A stretch of 63,487 nt of DNA, filler included, from Rozella allomycis CSF55 (Eukaryota), in the NCBI GenBank assembly GCA_000442015.1. It is 12 parts of 12 records of this genome, joined end to end, with 100 filler letters (N's around TTAATTAATTAA, not from the genome) between each part and the next. Parts side by side here need not be neighbours in the genome. Positions count along the whole stretch, not along the records: positions 20,707 to 25,755 come from KE561382.1; positions 25,856 to 29,883 come from KE561383.1; positions 29,984 to 33,113 come from KE561385.1; positions 33,214 to 34,786 come from KE561387.1; positions 34,887 to 37,501 come from KE561388.1; 7 more parts are not named here. One strand, written 5' to 3'. A program made the translations under genes and the position numbers. Of the stretch, positions 24,719 through 37,601 are shown in pieces (the stretch's first letter is position 1; each line of letters starts with the position of its first letter). A model generated the notes under the pieces. That model did no database searches and was not told the DNA's origin. It was given only the letters and a program-made list of their open reading frames with translations.

Positions 24719-24842
24719 TTAGAACTACAGGGGGCTGAAAAAAATTTTCGAAATTCTTTAAAAAATTCTGAAAAAAATATTTTCTTAATTTACATCAGCA
24801 ATTGAATAAAAGGATTATTTATATGAATGAACAAGTGTTTAT

Positions 24843-25453
24843 TTAAGCTCTTTCCCTACGTCTAGCGATTTGGCGCTTGTTCAACTTGGCAACTTTCATT
24901 TCTTGAGTTTCATCAGCTTTCTTGACCTTTGCCTTTTCTTCTTCGACGACGATTTCAATGTGGCATGGATGGCTCATAAATGGGTTAATACGACCATGAG
25001 CACGGTAGGTTCTTCTACGGTGCTTTGGTGCTTGGTTAACTTGGACATGTTTAATGACAAGATCTTCATAAGAAAGTCCTTTAGCCTGGAAAAAATGTTT
25101 TGACAAATAATTACTTCAGCGTTAGCCTTAGCGTTGTTCAAAAGACCAACGACGAAACCAACAGATTTAACTGGCCATCTACCTTTGGTGAGTTTGAATT
25201 CTTTTGCTTGAGCAGTACGACCAATGCTTCCAGCGAAACGACGGAATGGAATACAACGTTTGTGTTCCTTTACATCATCGAGATAAGCAAAAGCTTTTTG
25301 AAGTTTCATTCCTTTAATAGCGGCAGCAACTTCACGGGTGTTTTTAAAGTGAGTACGGAGGTAGGATCCGCTAGCTTTGCATGCTTAAATTAAATTAATA
25401 AATATATTTTTACAAGTTGCGGAACTTTCTGGTGTGTAAGAGTAAGTGGTCAT
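24843..25453 (-). CDS. RPL17: 60S ribosomal protein L17 (uL22)
   Basis: [55 protein letters not shown]. Confidence 0.97.
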
Positions 25454-25890
25454 TTCTAAAATTAATATAGTTCTTATAATGTATAATAATATGGAAAGAT
25501 GATAAAAGACACTCTAAGAGAACAAAGCTTTACCTTCTCAGAGTCCAGGGTCAAAAAAAAGTTTTCTGAAAATTCTCACGAAATTTCTGAAAAATTCAAA
25601 TTTTATTCAGTCAAGTCAATTAATGGTTTTTTCAATGATGATTGTGAATTTTCATCCATGTCTGTTTGTTTCCTCTTTAAAGGAGTGGAAACACGACTAA
25701 CAGATTTCCTCTTGGGATCTTTGAATTTTCTTTTGGTCTGGTTGTACTCTTTTCCNNNNNNNNNNNNNNNNNNNNNNNNNNNNNNNNNNNNNNNNNNNNT
25801 TAATTAATTAANNNNNNNNNNNNNNNNNNNNNNNNNNNNNNNNNNNNNNNNNNNNAATGGGATGAAAATGTTTTCCAGAGAAAATTGAGT

Positions 25891-27477
25891 TTATTGAGAT
25901 ATAACATTGCTAAATCTTGTGTCTGGCATTCTAACTTGGTAATCTTGTTGTCTTTTTGAAAGTTATTTACCTCCATTTTGAGTGATGTAGCGAACCCATG
26001 GAAGCGCTTGGTATCCACTCTTTTCTACGACTTTTAAATATCGCACTTGAATTCCAGAAGTTGTGTAATATGGAATTTCAAACTTTATGTTTATTGGTAA
26101 ACGTTTGTCAGGATCGTCTATTCTTATCCTACAATTAAATTTACCATTCTTAATTGTTGGCAATCCAAACTGTGCCTTCATCATAAATTCTCTTCCTCCA
26201 GGGAATTGTTTAATCTTCCACAACAATGAATTCTTTTCCGGTGCATAAACAGCATTTCCAATTGATGTTTTAAATTTTGGAGAATCTGCGTCATTTGGAA
26301 CTGGAATATAAATCTCCACATTGTTTGCCACTGATCGTCTCTTAAACTGACTCTTAGCTTTCACTGTGATTTCCATGCGAGTCCCAGAAAAGTTTTCTAC
26401 AGTGCAATCACACCAAATCAATGGTTTCACTTGGGCATTCAATCGATAAGACATTAATTCAAAATCTCCATCTGGTGGAATAAATGAAATAGTTCTGTCA
26501 GTATCAAATCTATTCAAGCGCACACATTGATGAAACTTAATGTCTTCCATTTCCACAGCCTTTCTTGCTCCACCTATTTCATGCAATAAAAGCATTTACT
26601 ATTTCCATTGTTTTCCAAAATAACTTTATCATTTAGCCCCAATCTAAGTTCTGGCATTCCCGACAAGTAACACCTTAGCTTAACGGCGCCAAGTATTTCT
26701 GAACGGACAACAGTTCCATTGCTATTAGCCTATTCAAGTAAAGTTTAGATTAATACCAGAAGATTTATAGACTCGATAACATCCAAAAACACTTCATTCT
26801 TTCTATATTTGATGCCTTCAGGACGNATCAAGTTTAGGTTAATACCAAAAGGTTTATGGACTCAATAACATCCAAAAACACTTCATTCTTTCTATATTTG
26901 ATGCCTTCAGGACGCCATGAAACTGTTGAAGTTACAGCCGTGGGTGGTTTTGCAGCCTGTGATCGATCCAAAATAAATGATTCTTGTGTTATATACCTAA
27001 CAAAATTTAACACGAGAATTACTCTTTCAGCACTTTTGTTTCTGTAGTCTGTGGGTATCCAAAATCCATAACTTCATCAAACAATTCATACGTAACAACA
27101 AAATTATCTCTAATGGATTCCTCTTCAAGCTCCTTGAAATACTCGATAAAAACCTTTAAAATGCCTTCAATGTTAATACTTGAGCCAATTTCTGCAAAAA
27201 CAACAAAATAGCCATGACATTAGAATTCTTCCTCGACAATGCCAGCACTAACTCTTCATCCACATACACTCTTACAATACACATTATTATGTTTGAGATA
27301 CACATAATTGACTCCATCATGAGAGAATGCTGGGGTTGGTACTTGATCCGCATCATCGTACTCCTGCAGCAGCGCAATAAACTTGTCGACCGCATTAGCC
27401 GGAATATCTCCTCTATAGTCTCTGCAAATGATAGGTTTCCCCTTCAAATCAAGGACATAAATACTCGACGCAACCAT
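25891..27477 (-). CDS. APM1: AP-1 complex subunit mu
   Basis: LDLKGKPIICRDYRGDIP, EEESIRDNFV, DFGYPQTTE, VSWRPEGIKYRKNEVFLDVIE, FHQCVRL, SGYQALPWVRYITQNG. Confidence 0.96.
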
Positions 27478-27510
27478 AGAAAATGTAAACAAGAAAAATC
27501 GGAAACAGAG

Positions 27511-29627
27511 ATGCTTCTCGACAAGCAGTTTCCGGTGCGTGCAGAGAGCGTTGCGCTGTGTTCGACGATGGACGTGTTTGCGGTTGTTTGTGGGAAATTG
27601 GTTACAGTGTACCGGATTAATTTTGCCAAGGTGTGGAGTGTGACGCTGCCGTTTAATGTGGTGACTGTTTTGTGGAAGGTTGGCGGTATGATGATTGTGT
27701 GGTGGGTGTTTTAGGGAAGATATTGTCGGCTGTGATGGAGAATGGACGGGTGGTGCATTTGGATGCGGAGAATAGCAGCACGCTGCATACCGTGCATTTG
27801 AAGATTGAGTCTAAAGAGTATTTCAGGTATGAAAAGTTTGCGTTTGCGGACGGTGCGGTGAGTGCGGAGCCTTGTTCGTTGGGGAGGATGCCGCGGCTGA
27901 GCAATTTGCCGAGTAATAAGACTGTGTAAGATGTGGGGTGGTTGATGATAGACAAGGGATGTTTGTGATTAAGCCGAATGATGTGTTTGATATGACTTCT
28001 AAGAAACTCGGAACGTCAAAGGATGTCTTGATTTCATGTACCAAAGATTCGATTACATTAAAGTAAGATATGTGACTAGTTTGAATGAAAGTGTTTTTGG
28101 TTTATTTCCTATCAATCTAAAAGCGAATGATCCAGAAATGGTATCTGTTTCCGAGGACTTCCACTCAGTTTTGTACATATCGAATGGCGTCTTGTATTCG
28201 ATTGATGCAAGTCCGCTTGAAGAGTATAAAAGCGTGATATCCAATATGGCTATCAATGCCTCGACGTTTGATGCGTACTTGTACTATGTCGACCAGGTGT
28301 TGGCGCTGATGGCCAAAGAGTGTGATATGTTGGACCAGACGATCAAGACGTTTACTGATTCGCTGCAAGAGACTGTATTTGAAGAGAGCTGCGAGGATGC
28401 TGTTGAAGAAATGACGGCAGTGTTGATGGGCAATTTGATCTTGTCTAATAAGAGTGTGGAGATGGAGTTGTTTTTGTGTAAAGAGATGGGCATTAAANGG
28501 TTTTGATGGGGAATTTGATCTTGTCTCATAAGAGTGTGGAGATGGAGTTGTTTTTGTGTAAAGAGATGGGCATTAAAGTAAGGGATTGTTTGAGTGAAGA
28601 TAGAAAATGGAAAAATGGAGTGAGAGTGTGCAGAGTAGTTTAAAGAATATGCAAGTGCTTACGAGGGTGTATTTGGAGCCTGTAGTTGAGAGGATGGCAA
28701 TAATGATGAATTATTTTAAAGAGTAAGAGTGTTGATTGTGGATTAAAAGTGTTGTTGTGTGTAAAGAAGAGTATGAGCAGATGAAGAGGATGATTACTGA
28801 ATTTTATGAAATGAGTGGTCAGTTTGATGATGGGATCAATGAATTGAGTGAAGAGTTTGTAAAGTTTAGTGAATGGATTAGAATGTGTAAGTGTGGTGAA
28901 AGAGATTGAATAGTGATTGAAGTGTTGGATAATGAGAGTGAAGTGAATGAAGAGAATGTGAGTGATTTGGAGTATGAAAAGATATTTAAATTTCTGCAAA
29001 AGAAGAGACTGTTTGGAAATACTGTTGTGAATGAGATGATGAGGGATGAGAATGCAGATGGGTTTAAGCAGAGAATTGAGATTATAAGATTCAAAGCTAA
29101 TAAATTGTTGGAGAAGAGGATGGATTTAATTTATGATTCGCTTTGTAGTGAGGTTGTTGGTAGAATTGGGAGTGTTGAAGGTGGATGGAAAATGTATCAG
29201 CATTTGAATGTAAGTTGTAATTAATTGAATTGAATAGAAATTTCTACTGATGGGACTGATGAATGAAGAGTTGGCGTTGATTAAAGTTGGAGATAGGGGA
29301 AACATTTCAGTGTTAAAGTTGAGATCTGAGAATAGATTGATAGATTGTGAATTGTATGGAGATGAAGAAGTTGTTGTCTTGTTTCCAAATGAATTTTCAG
29401 TGTTGAATTTTAGTGAATATTTGTGGAATGAATGTTTTTGGGATTCTAATTTAGATTTAGTTGAGATAATTAAAGATGTTGAGAGTCAAAAGTGTGAAAT
29501 AGAAAATGGAAAGCAACTTTGGACTAGAGGGAATATTTCATCGTTTAGTGTTGTTAAAGGGCGCCAATTGGGATTATTTGTGTATCAAGATTGTCAGCAA
29601 TTCAAACTATTTGATCTAGGGGAGTAA
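27511..29627 (+). CDS. APC4: Anaphase-promoting complex subunit 4
   Basis: MDVFA..V.VYRIN..KVW..LWK..GKIL..G.V..LDAE WD40 start, VFGLFPI, helical middle region with F..W. Confidence 0.7.
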
Positions 29628-29811
29628 CAGTGGATTAATAGGTGTAAGGTGTAAGGGAGAGAAGAATAAATTAAATAAATTTTGTTATAGCAGATTTACT
29701 GTAATATGTAGAGACTGATCATACTGTGGATAGACTCAAAATACAGCATATAACACTTAACCACTTCTACTCAACTACGCTACTCATGCTCACTCAAACA
29801 CCATAGTACAA

Positions 29812-29859
29812 TTAGTTTATTTCTGTGTTAGTTTATTTCTTTGTTAGTTTATTTCCTTG
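29812..29859. repeat. 3 x 16-bp tandem repeat TTAGTTTATTTCYKTG
   Basis: Directly visible. Confidence 0.8.
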
Positions 29860-29983
29860 TTGCTGTAATGAAAGTTGTAATCTNNNNNNNNNNNNNNNNN
29901 NNNNNNNNNNNNNNNNNNNNNNNNNNNTTAATTAATTAANNNNNNNNNNNNNNNNNNNNNNNNNNNNNNNNNNNNNNNNNNNN

Positions 29984-30660
29984 ATCAAAATCTATTTTCA
30001 AGTCTGGCGCTTGAGAGAGTATATGTGGACCTTGAAACACACTTTTTTAGAGGACAAAAGTTCTCTATTTACTTGAACAACGAGTTTAAATTAAAAGTAC
30101 CTGGAAATGTGATCCTTTTGGGTGATACAGTCACAGTAGAATCAGACTGCCCCGTGTCCATTGAACTTGGATCTAAGAAATTTACTGGGCTCGTCAGCGG
30201 ACAAAAATTTCAAGTCCCTATGTTAGATTTATCGAAATACCAACAAATCAAAGCTCAAGTGGGTGATAAATTAGGTTTTATAAGAACTTTCACAATGTTC
30301 CCAAATCCAATTGGTAACCATGTGTAAATGTTTAAAATAGACAACTTAGTTTTTGAGCCTACTTCAGTGCCATCTACATTAGAAAATATAAAAATTAATC
30401 TCCAATTGGCTGGTTTGGATGAAATAGTAATAAAGCAAATCGAAAAGCGCTCAATGAAACTATTTGCACACTTAAGTTATCCACCAATTTTCTGGCGTAT
30501 GAATCCTTACAATCGAACTGTTGAACTCGAAAAGAAAGGAAACACTTGGGTTTTCCCTAGATCCGAAATACCGAAAATTTTTCGCCCAAATCATTGCATC
30601 ATTCAAGCCGAGCTTCAAGGATCTATGCCTAGAACTATTGAAGAAATCGACGTGAAATAA
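29984..30660 (+). CDS. Uncharacterised beta-rich protein (member 1 of a local cluster), 5' truncated
   Basis: Two ORFs joined by a 27-nt intron after FPNPI. Confidence 0.6.
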
Positions 30661-30885
30661 ATTATTGAATTTTAAAAGGAATATAGTAATTACTGTAATT
30701 ATGTATGGTCATGTGATCAGGTTAAGGCTCGTCATGTGACTTTCTTCCCTATCTGAAATCCTTTTTATAATATTTTAAAAATTATACTTTGATGCAGGGA
30801 ATTAATATATATAATACATATCGCATTGAATGTCTATGGAAATCACGTGTATGACAATTTCCGAGAATTCATACCCTTGCAATTT

Positions 30886-32439
30886 ATGATCCGTGAAAGA
30901 TTTTTTATAAGTTTGCTATTTCTAGTTGGAGCACTTACGTTTGAACTTGAACTTACACCTAGCATAAGCTATTTAGGAACGGTAGCTGATTCCCCTGACG
31001 TGTATATTGTGCACGGCGATACCACCTTTACACTGAAAGGATCTGAGGCTTTTTGCAAGAAGCACGGAAGATGGGCAAAAGTTAATTTTTCCCAGAATGA
31101 TCATTTGACTGAAGGCAAAACGAAAAAACAAGTAGAAATTGAAGTATGTAAAAGGGGTGGTGCTACTTTGATACCGCATTTTGATGCTACAAAGTCTGAA
31201 TCTTTCTTGATCAGACATTCTAAAGATTTTTCAAAGGCGTTCATGTTCCATAAACTGGAAATGCCAAGTCCGATTATTGACATTAAACTTGAAAATTCAT
31301 TCGCAAATGCGGATAATGGTTTATTTTCTGGAGAGGTTGTTAGATTTCAGTTTTTCTCAAACGCCAAATTCCATATTCCTCCAACAATAGCTTTGAAATA
31401 TGCAAATGCTGAAAATGAATCGCAGAAAACAAACTTACAAACTTCGTTAACGATGGTGAATGATAAGTCATTTACGTATGCAGCTGAATTTGTGATACCA
31501 CATGTTGCACGTGAAACAAAATTAGAGTTATTTCTCGGTGATTGGAATGATCCAGTTTTTAAAGAAATGATATACCCATGTAAGTTAATTGACCTTTTTG
31601 AAATGAGATTATTCGTTTAGCCACAGTCCCAGCACAAAATTATGGCATTCTAAAGACATAAAAGTAACCTTTTCTAAATCTGCGTCAAAATTCTTAAATA
31701 AAAGAGGTGTACACGTTTACGCGAAGATTAACGGAATCAGAAAAAATAATCTTGAATTACAAGAAGATAATGATAGCTTTTCATATATCTTTTCGGGATC
31801 TCTTTTTAAGAATATTGAAAGAGATAATCCAGTTTTTCAAATTGTAATAGCTAGCAGGTTGGGATTAACAACACAAAATTTTTACATTGAAACTTCACAT
31901 GATATCAAAAAGTATAAGCAATATTTGTTTCCTGGTGACGTGATCGATATTACTTTACGCCCTAATAGTGATCCGGATACTGCTGTATACATGAAGTTCG
32001 GAAATGGAATTGAAGAAATGCAATACAATACTGATAAAATGAGTTCAAAATTTTATATCCCTTGGATTAATGAAAAAACAAACTTACAAGTCTACACAGG
32101 AGATTTGACTCAATTTGCAAAACAATATACTGTTTTCCCATTAAGTAAGACAACTTATTTGATCAAATAGAATTTAAAATTGATTGCGGCATAAAAGCGA
32201 TTCATATCAGACTTGATAGGTCCGTAGTCGGGGATCATAATGCTCACCAGTATTTTTGCTACGACTCGGACAAAAGCATAAGGGCTAAAGTCAATGATAA
32301 ATACCAATCCTTCGCACCTACTAGTAATTGCGGCGACTGGAGCATCAACATTCCAAACTCACCTACTGGCATTTACGAGATATTTTACAAGGCATCAATT
32401 AATGCAAGAACTTTATCTATTGGAAAATGCGTTTATTAA
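30886..32439 (+). CDS. Uncharacterised secreted beta-rich repeat protein (member 2)
   Basis: Signal-peptide-like MIRERFFISLLFLVGALT; two tiny introns after IYP and VFPL; internal LFSGEVV / LFPGDVI repeats. Confidence 0.7.
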
Positions 32440-32527
32440 TCTCTGAATAAATTTAAGCATTTTAAGTTTCAAATTTCGTAGATCTTGTGAATCTGAAAAA
32501 TTGTTTCGATGACCCTGGCAATACAAA

Positions 32528-33113
32528 ATGTTTCTTTTTCTCATTTGCACTCTTCTTATACCAAATTTTCTCTTAGCATTCTCTGTCAAGTTTGATATAT
32601 GGGAAATAGAGTCGTCGCAGCCAATCTCAATAATAGGGTCAGGAAAGGAAAGCCGTGTGATTGCTGTTGATGGTGCGGTTTTAAATATTGGTGTTTCCTG
32701 CGAAAGCATCCACAGGAAAAAAGTTTATTTTACAAATAAGGGAAAAAAGACCTTAGTAAATTTGTGCAAAGACAAATTTTCATTTGAAGCAGATTTTCAT
32801 GAAGGCAAAGAAGTTGTTTCTGTTCAAAAAGCGACTATTTTTTCTGCGAACTTCGATTATGAAATCACTTTATATCCTTTTATTTATAACGAATTTCATG
32901 TCAAGCACGCACTCACGCGATCAGAGAGGTCTATTGAAGATTATGGCATTATGCCTGGAGATCAGCTGAGTGTCTTTTTATCCTTTCCCGTTCAACTACC
33001 AGGAGATACCTATCTTTACACAAGATATGACGATAATGATGAATTGCAAAGTTCCAAGCTGATCGAAATGAAAGATTGCGCCACGAGCAATTTCTTTTTC
33101 AATTATAGAGGAA
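32528..33113 (+). CDS. Uncharacterised secreted beta-rich protein (member 3), 3' truncated
   Basis: Signal-peptide-like MFLFLICTLLIPNFLLAF; IMPGDQL motif. Confidence 0.65.
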
Positions 33114-33213
33114 NNNNNNNNNNNNNNNNNNNNNNNNNNNNNNNNNNNNNNNNNNNNTTAATTAATTAANNNNNNNNNNNNNNNNNNNNNNNNNNNNNNN
33201 NNNNNNNNNNNNN

Positions 33214-34743
33214 CTTCTCATAGGTTATAGACACAAGTCGTCTTACTATGTTGACATTCCAATTGCAAACTCCAAAATATATCATACAAAATCAATCTCA
33301 AAGGCATTCAATTCTATTACACAACAAGATATAAAAACTTTACATCTAAAATTCAATCATTTAAACTCAAGAGATCTACAAAGATTGTCAAAGCAGGGTG
33401 TCATCCCGTCAATTAAGAAAACTTCCAAGCCAGAAGCGTTTTGCAAACATTGTGAACTTGGAAAATTAAGAAAAGGATCACCTCCCAAATTTACAGAAAC
33501 AAGAGCAACCTATTATGGAGAGAGAATTTTCTTTGATGTTGTTGGACCCATTGAACCTATCAGTCATGACAACTGCCAGTATATTCTTGTTATTATTGAT
33601 GATTACACTCGAGAAGCTACAATCTTTCCTCTCAGAAGCAGAAGTGAAGTAAGTGTCCGCATAATGGAGTTTGATAAACAACTGTACAACATTACAGGAA
33701 AACATACAACTTATCTCAGATGTGACAACGCTAAAGAAAATCAACCAGAAATCATTACCAGTTACTGCAGACAGCATGGGATCATTCAACAGTTCACTAC
33801 ACCTTATCATTCGAATCAAAATGGTGTTGCTGAAAGATATAATCTTACCCTACATAATGGCATTATATCAAACTTACTATCCTCAGGTCTGGACCAAATA
33901 TACTGGACAGACATTAGGAATAACTCAAATCTTATCCGATTTTAATATGCTAACATCTAACCCTTGCAGTACTCCCATGGAAGCAAATCATCTATCCATA
34001 ACGGACTGTCCTGCAGAGAACTCAGACGAAGCAAATGAAATGAAGAATGTGCCTTATAGAGAATGTGTTGGAAGACTTGCCAATCTATCAAGAACAACCA
34101 GGCCTGATATTGCATACGCTGTAGGAGTTGTCTCACGATTTTTACACACCCAGGGAGAGTTCATTGGAATGCCGTCAAGAGAATAATGAAGTACTTAAGG
34201 GGCACAATGGATCTAGAATTGAAATCGGGAAGCAATAAATTATCCGACTTGAAGAGTTATACTGATGCTGATTGGGGAGGAAATCATGACAATGCAAAAT
34301 CAACCTCAGGAAACGTTTCGTTTTTTGCCAACTCACTCATATCGTGGCAGTCAAAGGCACAATCAACAACTGCAACTTCATCAACATATGCAGAATACAT
34401 AGCAGCTTACCACTCATCAATAGAAACCGTTTGGATAAGAGAGTTTCTTTCAAATTTCAACATTGAACAAAGCCATCCTACTCCAATTCTGTGTGACAAC
34501 GAAGCAACCATCAAGATTGCGGAAAATCATATGATAACACCGAGAAGTAAACACTTTCAGACAAAATATCATTACATTCGAGAGCTCATTCAAGACGACC
34601 AAATCCATATGACAAGTATCCCGGGAAAAGAAAACATCGCTGATTTATTTACAAAGCCGCTTCCTCGAGTCAAATTCCAACTTTTTCGGGAACAACTAGG
34701 CCTACTCCCACGTTCACAATGTGTTGAAGTAAAATCAGAATAG
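33214..34743 (+). mobile_element. Ty1/copia pol with an internal deletion (pre-integrase, integrase, RT C-end, RNase H)
   Basis: CKHCELGK, IIDDYTR, LRCDNAKE, QNGVAER, then directly YRECVG..TRPDIAYAV, YTDADWGG, ENIADLFTKPL. Confidence 0.92.
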
Positions 34744-34886
34744 ATCAGTCTAGAACTTCCTTATCGGGACCTATAAATTTACAATTNNNNNNNNNNNNNN
34801 NNNNNNNNNNNNNNNNNNNNNNNNNNNNNNTTAATTAATTAANNNNNNNNNNNNNNNNNNNNNNNNNNNNNNNNNNNNNNNNNNNN

Positions 34887-37501
34887 TTTCTACTTTTCCA
34901 ATATATCAAATTATTCCCTATTCTTATCTCGAAACCCGATGTCGATTTCCGATCATCCAGGCATCCTGCCCAATCACTATCTGTACTTGCGTGAACTGTA
35001 AAATCATCATCCCCTTGCAATATTTTCAACCTAAAATCCTTAGTATGCTTAACGTATCTCACGACTCTCAACAAATATTCCCAATGCTTTAAACCATAAT
35101 TCGAAGCGTATCTGGCTAAAAATCCGACTGCAAAACTTAAGTCGGGTCTTGTATTATTCGCAAGATATAATAATGAGCCCAATAATTTTCTGTAAGGTAA
35201 CTCGGCAACCAATTTTCTTTCAGCATCGTTCTTTGGACAATCATCTTTACTAAGTTTAATATTATTTTCCATAGGTGTTCTAGTCGGCTGCAGATTCAAA
35301 TCTTCGACGTTTCCAAGCATCTTTTCTACTAAAGCTTGTTGACTTAGATAATAATTTCCATTTAAATTCTCAATGAAGATACCGATAAAGAATCCAATTC
35401 CTCCACTCGTTTCCGTAATAATAAACTCCTTCTTTAATTCCCTTTTAATTTGTAAAATTTCTGCATCGGTTTTGGCAAATATTAATAAATCATCTACGTA
35501 TACTGCAACGATTTGTAAACTATTATTTTCCCACCTTGTCCAAACTGACCAGTCGCTATTCAATCTTTTAAAACCATACGATTCGAGAGATGTTTTTAAA
35601 GTTAGATACCATGCTCTTGCGCTTTGCTTTAGACCGTAAAGACCTTTCTTTAAGTGCATCACCCAACCTTCCTCGGCTGGAAATTCTGGTTCAATATTTA
35701 TTTCTCTGGGTTGTTGCAAATAAATTTCCTCCTCCAATTTCGAGTTTAAATACGCTGCTTCAAAATCCACTTGCGCAATCTTCAAATTCTTTTTCAAAGC
35801 CACTATTAAGAGTAATCTTAAAGTTGTTCCTCCCATGACTGGCGAATATGTATTGGTGTAATCTGTTCCATATTTTTGAGTAAACCCTTTTCCCACCATT
35901 CGACATTTAAATTTCACTGGTTGATTGAACTGGTTTCTCTTTCTTCTAAATACCAACTTTGACTGCACTGCTCGCTTTCCCTCAGGTAACTTCACCATTT
36001 CGTATGTTCCATTTTTGCGTAATCCATTTATTTCGACTTGAATAGATTTATCCCAATCTTCAACTTCGTCTTTGAGTAGCCTTGTTTCCCAGTATTCCAA
36101 AGTGTCCGGATCGCTTGTTTTTGACTTGGCAATAAATATTTTTCCACTTTTTCCTGAATGATTGATGTCTTGCATATAATCTGAGTCTGAGTCGCCATGT
36201 TCAGAATCTTCACTCTCACTGTCTTCTTTATAATTTTTCGGTTCAAGTTGTCTTAATTTTTCGGATTTTTCAATAGTTCTGCTGTGCGTACTGGGAGTTC
36301 CGGGCTTCGCTCTGGTACGACGTATATCGTCACTTGGTGACTCGGAACGACTTCTTTTACGTTGTACTGTGGCTGAATCGGAAGTTTCTGATTTTTGTGC
36401 TTCCTTGTTTGAGACGTTAATTTTCTCTTGGTCAATGTTTTCATCATCAGACGAATCTTGAATATTCATATTTTCCAAACTCAAATTTACATTTTCGATG
36501 AATTTTGCGCTTCTACTTCTTATCAAATTTTTCTTATCATCCACGAATCTGTAACAATCTCCTTCGTTGTCGTAACCAATAAAAATTAATTTTCTGGCCT
36601 TGTCGTCAAGTTTTCTTCTTTTCTCTTTCGGAATATGTACGTATGCTTCGCATCCAAAACTTCTCAAATTCTTCACACTAGGCTTTTGGCCTGTCCAAGC
36701 CTCAATAGATGATAATCCTTTTAACACTTGTTTGCCGATTCTTTGGAACGTAAAATTCGCAGTGAGTAGGGCTTCGGCCCAAAATGACTTTTCCATGCCT
36801 GAGTGGCTCAACATGCTTCGCACTGCTTCCAATAAAGTTCTATTGCGCCTTTCTGCTATGCCATTCTGAAATGGACTGTATGGTGCTGTGGCTTTGCACT
36901 TTATTCCTTCTTCTTCTAAAAATGTTTTCATTCGCTGGTCGAGGTACTCGCCTCCATTGTCGCAAATTAATTTCTTAATTTTCATTCCCGATTCCTTTTC
37001 TACTTCTTTCTTAAATTTCTTAAATTTCTCAAAAACTTCAGACTTCTTTTTAAGAATGTAAATCCAACACATATCAGTATGACCATCAATAAAAGTGACA
37101 AAATATCGAAATCCTTGAGTTGTTGGTGTCGGGAACGGACCGCAGACGTCCGAATGGATCTCCTCGAGTTTTTGCGACGCTCTTTGCCTTGGACCCTTGG
37201 GGATCGGTGCTACCGTCGACTTTCCAGTGGCGCAGCCTTCACAAGCTTCCATGTGCGCCTGATTTCCGAAATTTGGTAAATCGTTAACAGTATTTAGTTT
37301 TCCCATTTCGACGATGGTTTTTGTATTGATGTGACAAAGACGCTTGTGCCATAATTCCAACTTTGATTCTTGAGTTAACAAATTCTTATCTTTTGTAATT
37401 TCCAGATTGAGTTCAAATAATGATCCGTATTCATTTTCACGGGAAGCTTCAAGTAGAATATCTGTGCCTGTACTGACGATGCATTCATTCCCCTTTTTGT
37501 T
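34887..37501 (-). mobile_element. Ty1/copia pol (open frame: pre-integrase, integrase, RT, RNase H start)
   Basis: LWHKRLCH, IHSDVCGP, CDNGGEY, QNGIAERRNRT, LYGLKQS, YVDDLL, TRPDLSFAV, TDSDWAG. Confidence 0.96.
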
Positions 37502-37601
37502 NNNNNNNNNNNNNNNNNNNNNNNNNNNNNNNNNNNNNNNNNNNNTTAATTAATTAANNNNNNNNNNNNNNNNNNNNNNNNNNNNNNNNNNNNNNNNNNN
37601 N

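Noticed and set aside
28640-29094. Minus-strand ORFs antisense to APC4 (and similar shadow ORFs over RNR2, RPL17 and copia)
   Set aside because: Shadows of biased sense-strand codons with no independent protein signature.
29640-29660. GGTGTAAGGTGTAAGG as a telomere repeat
   Set aside because: Only two units and internal to the contig.
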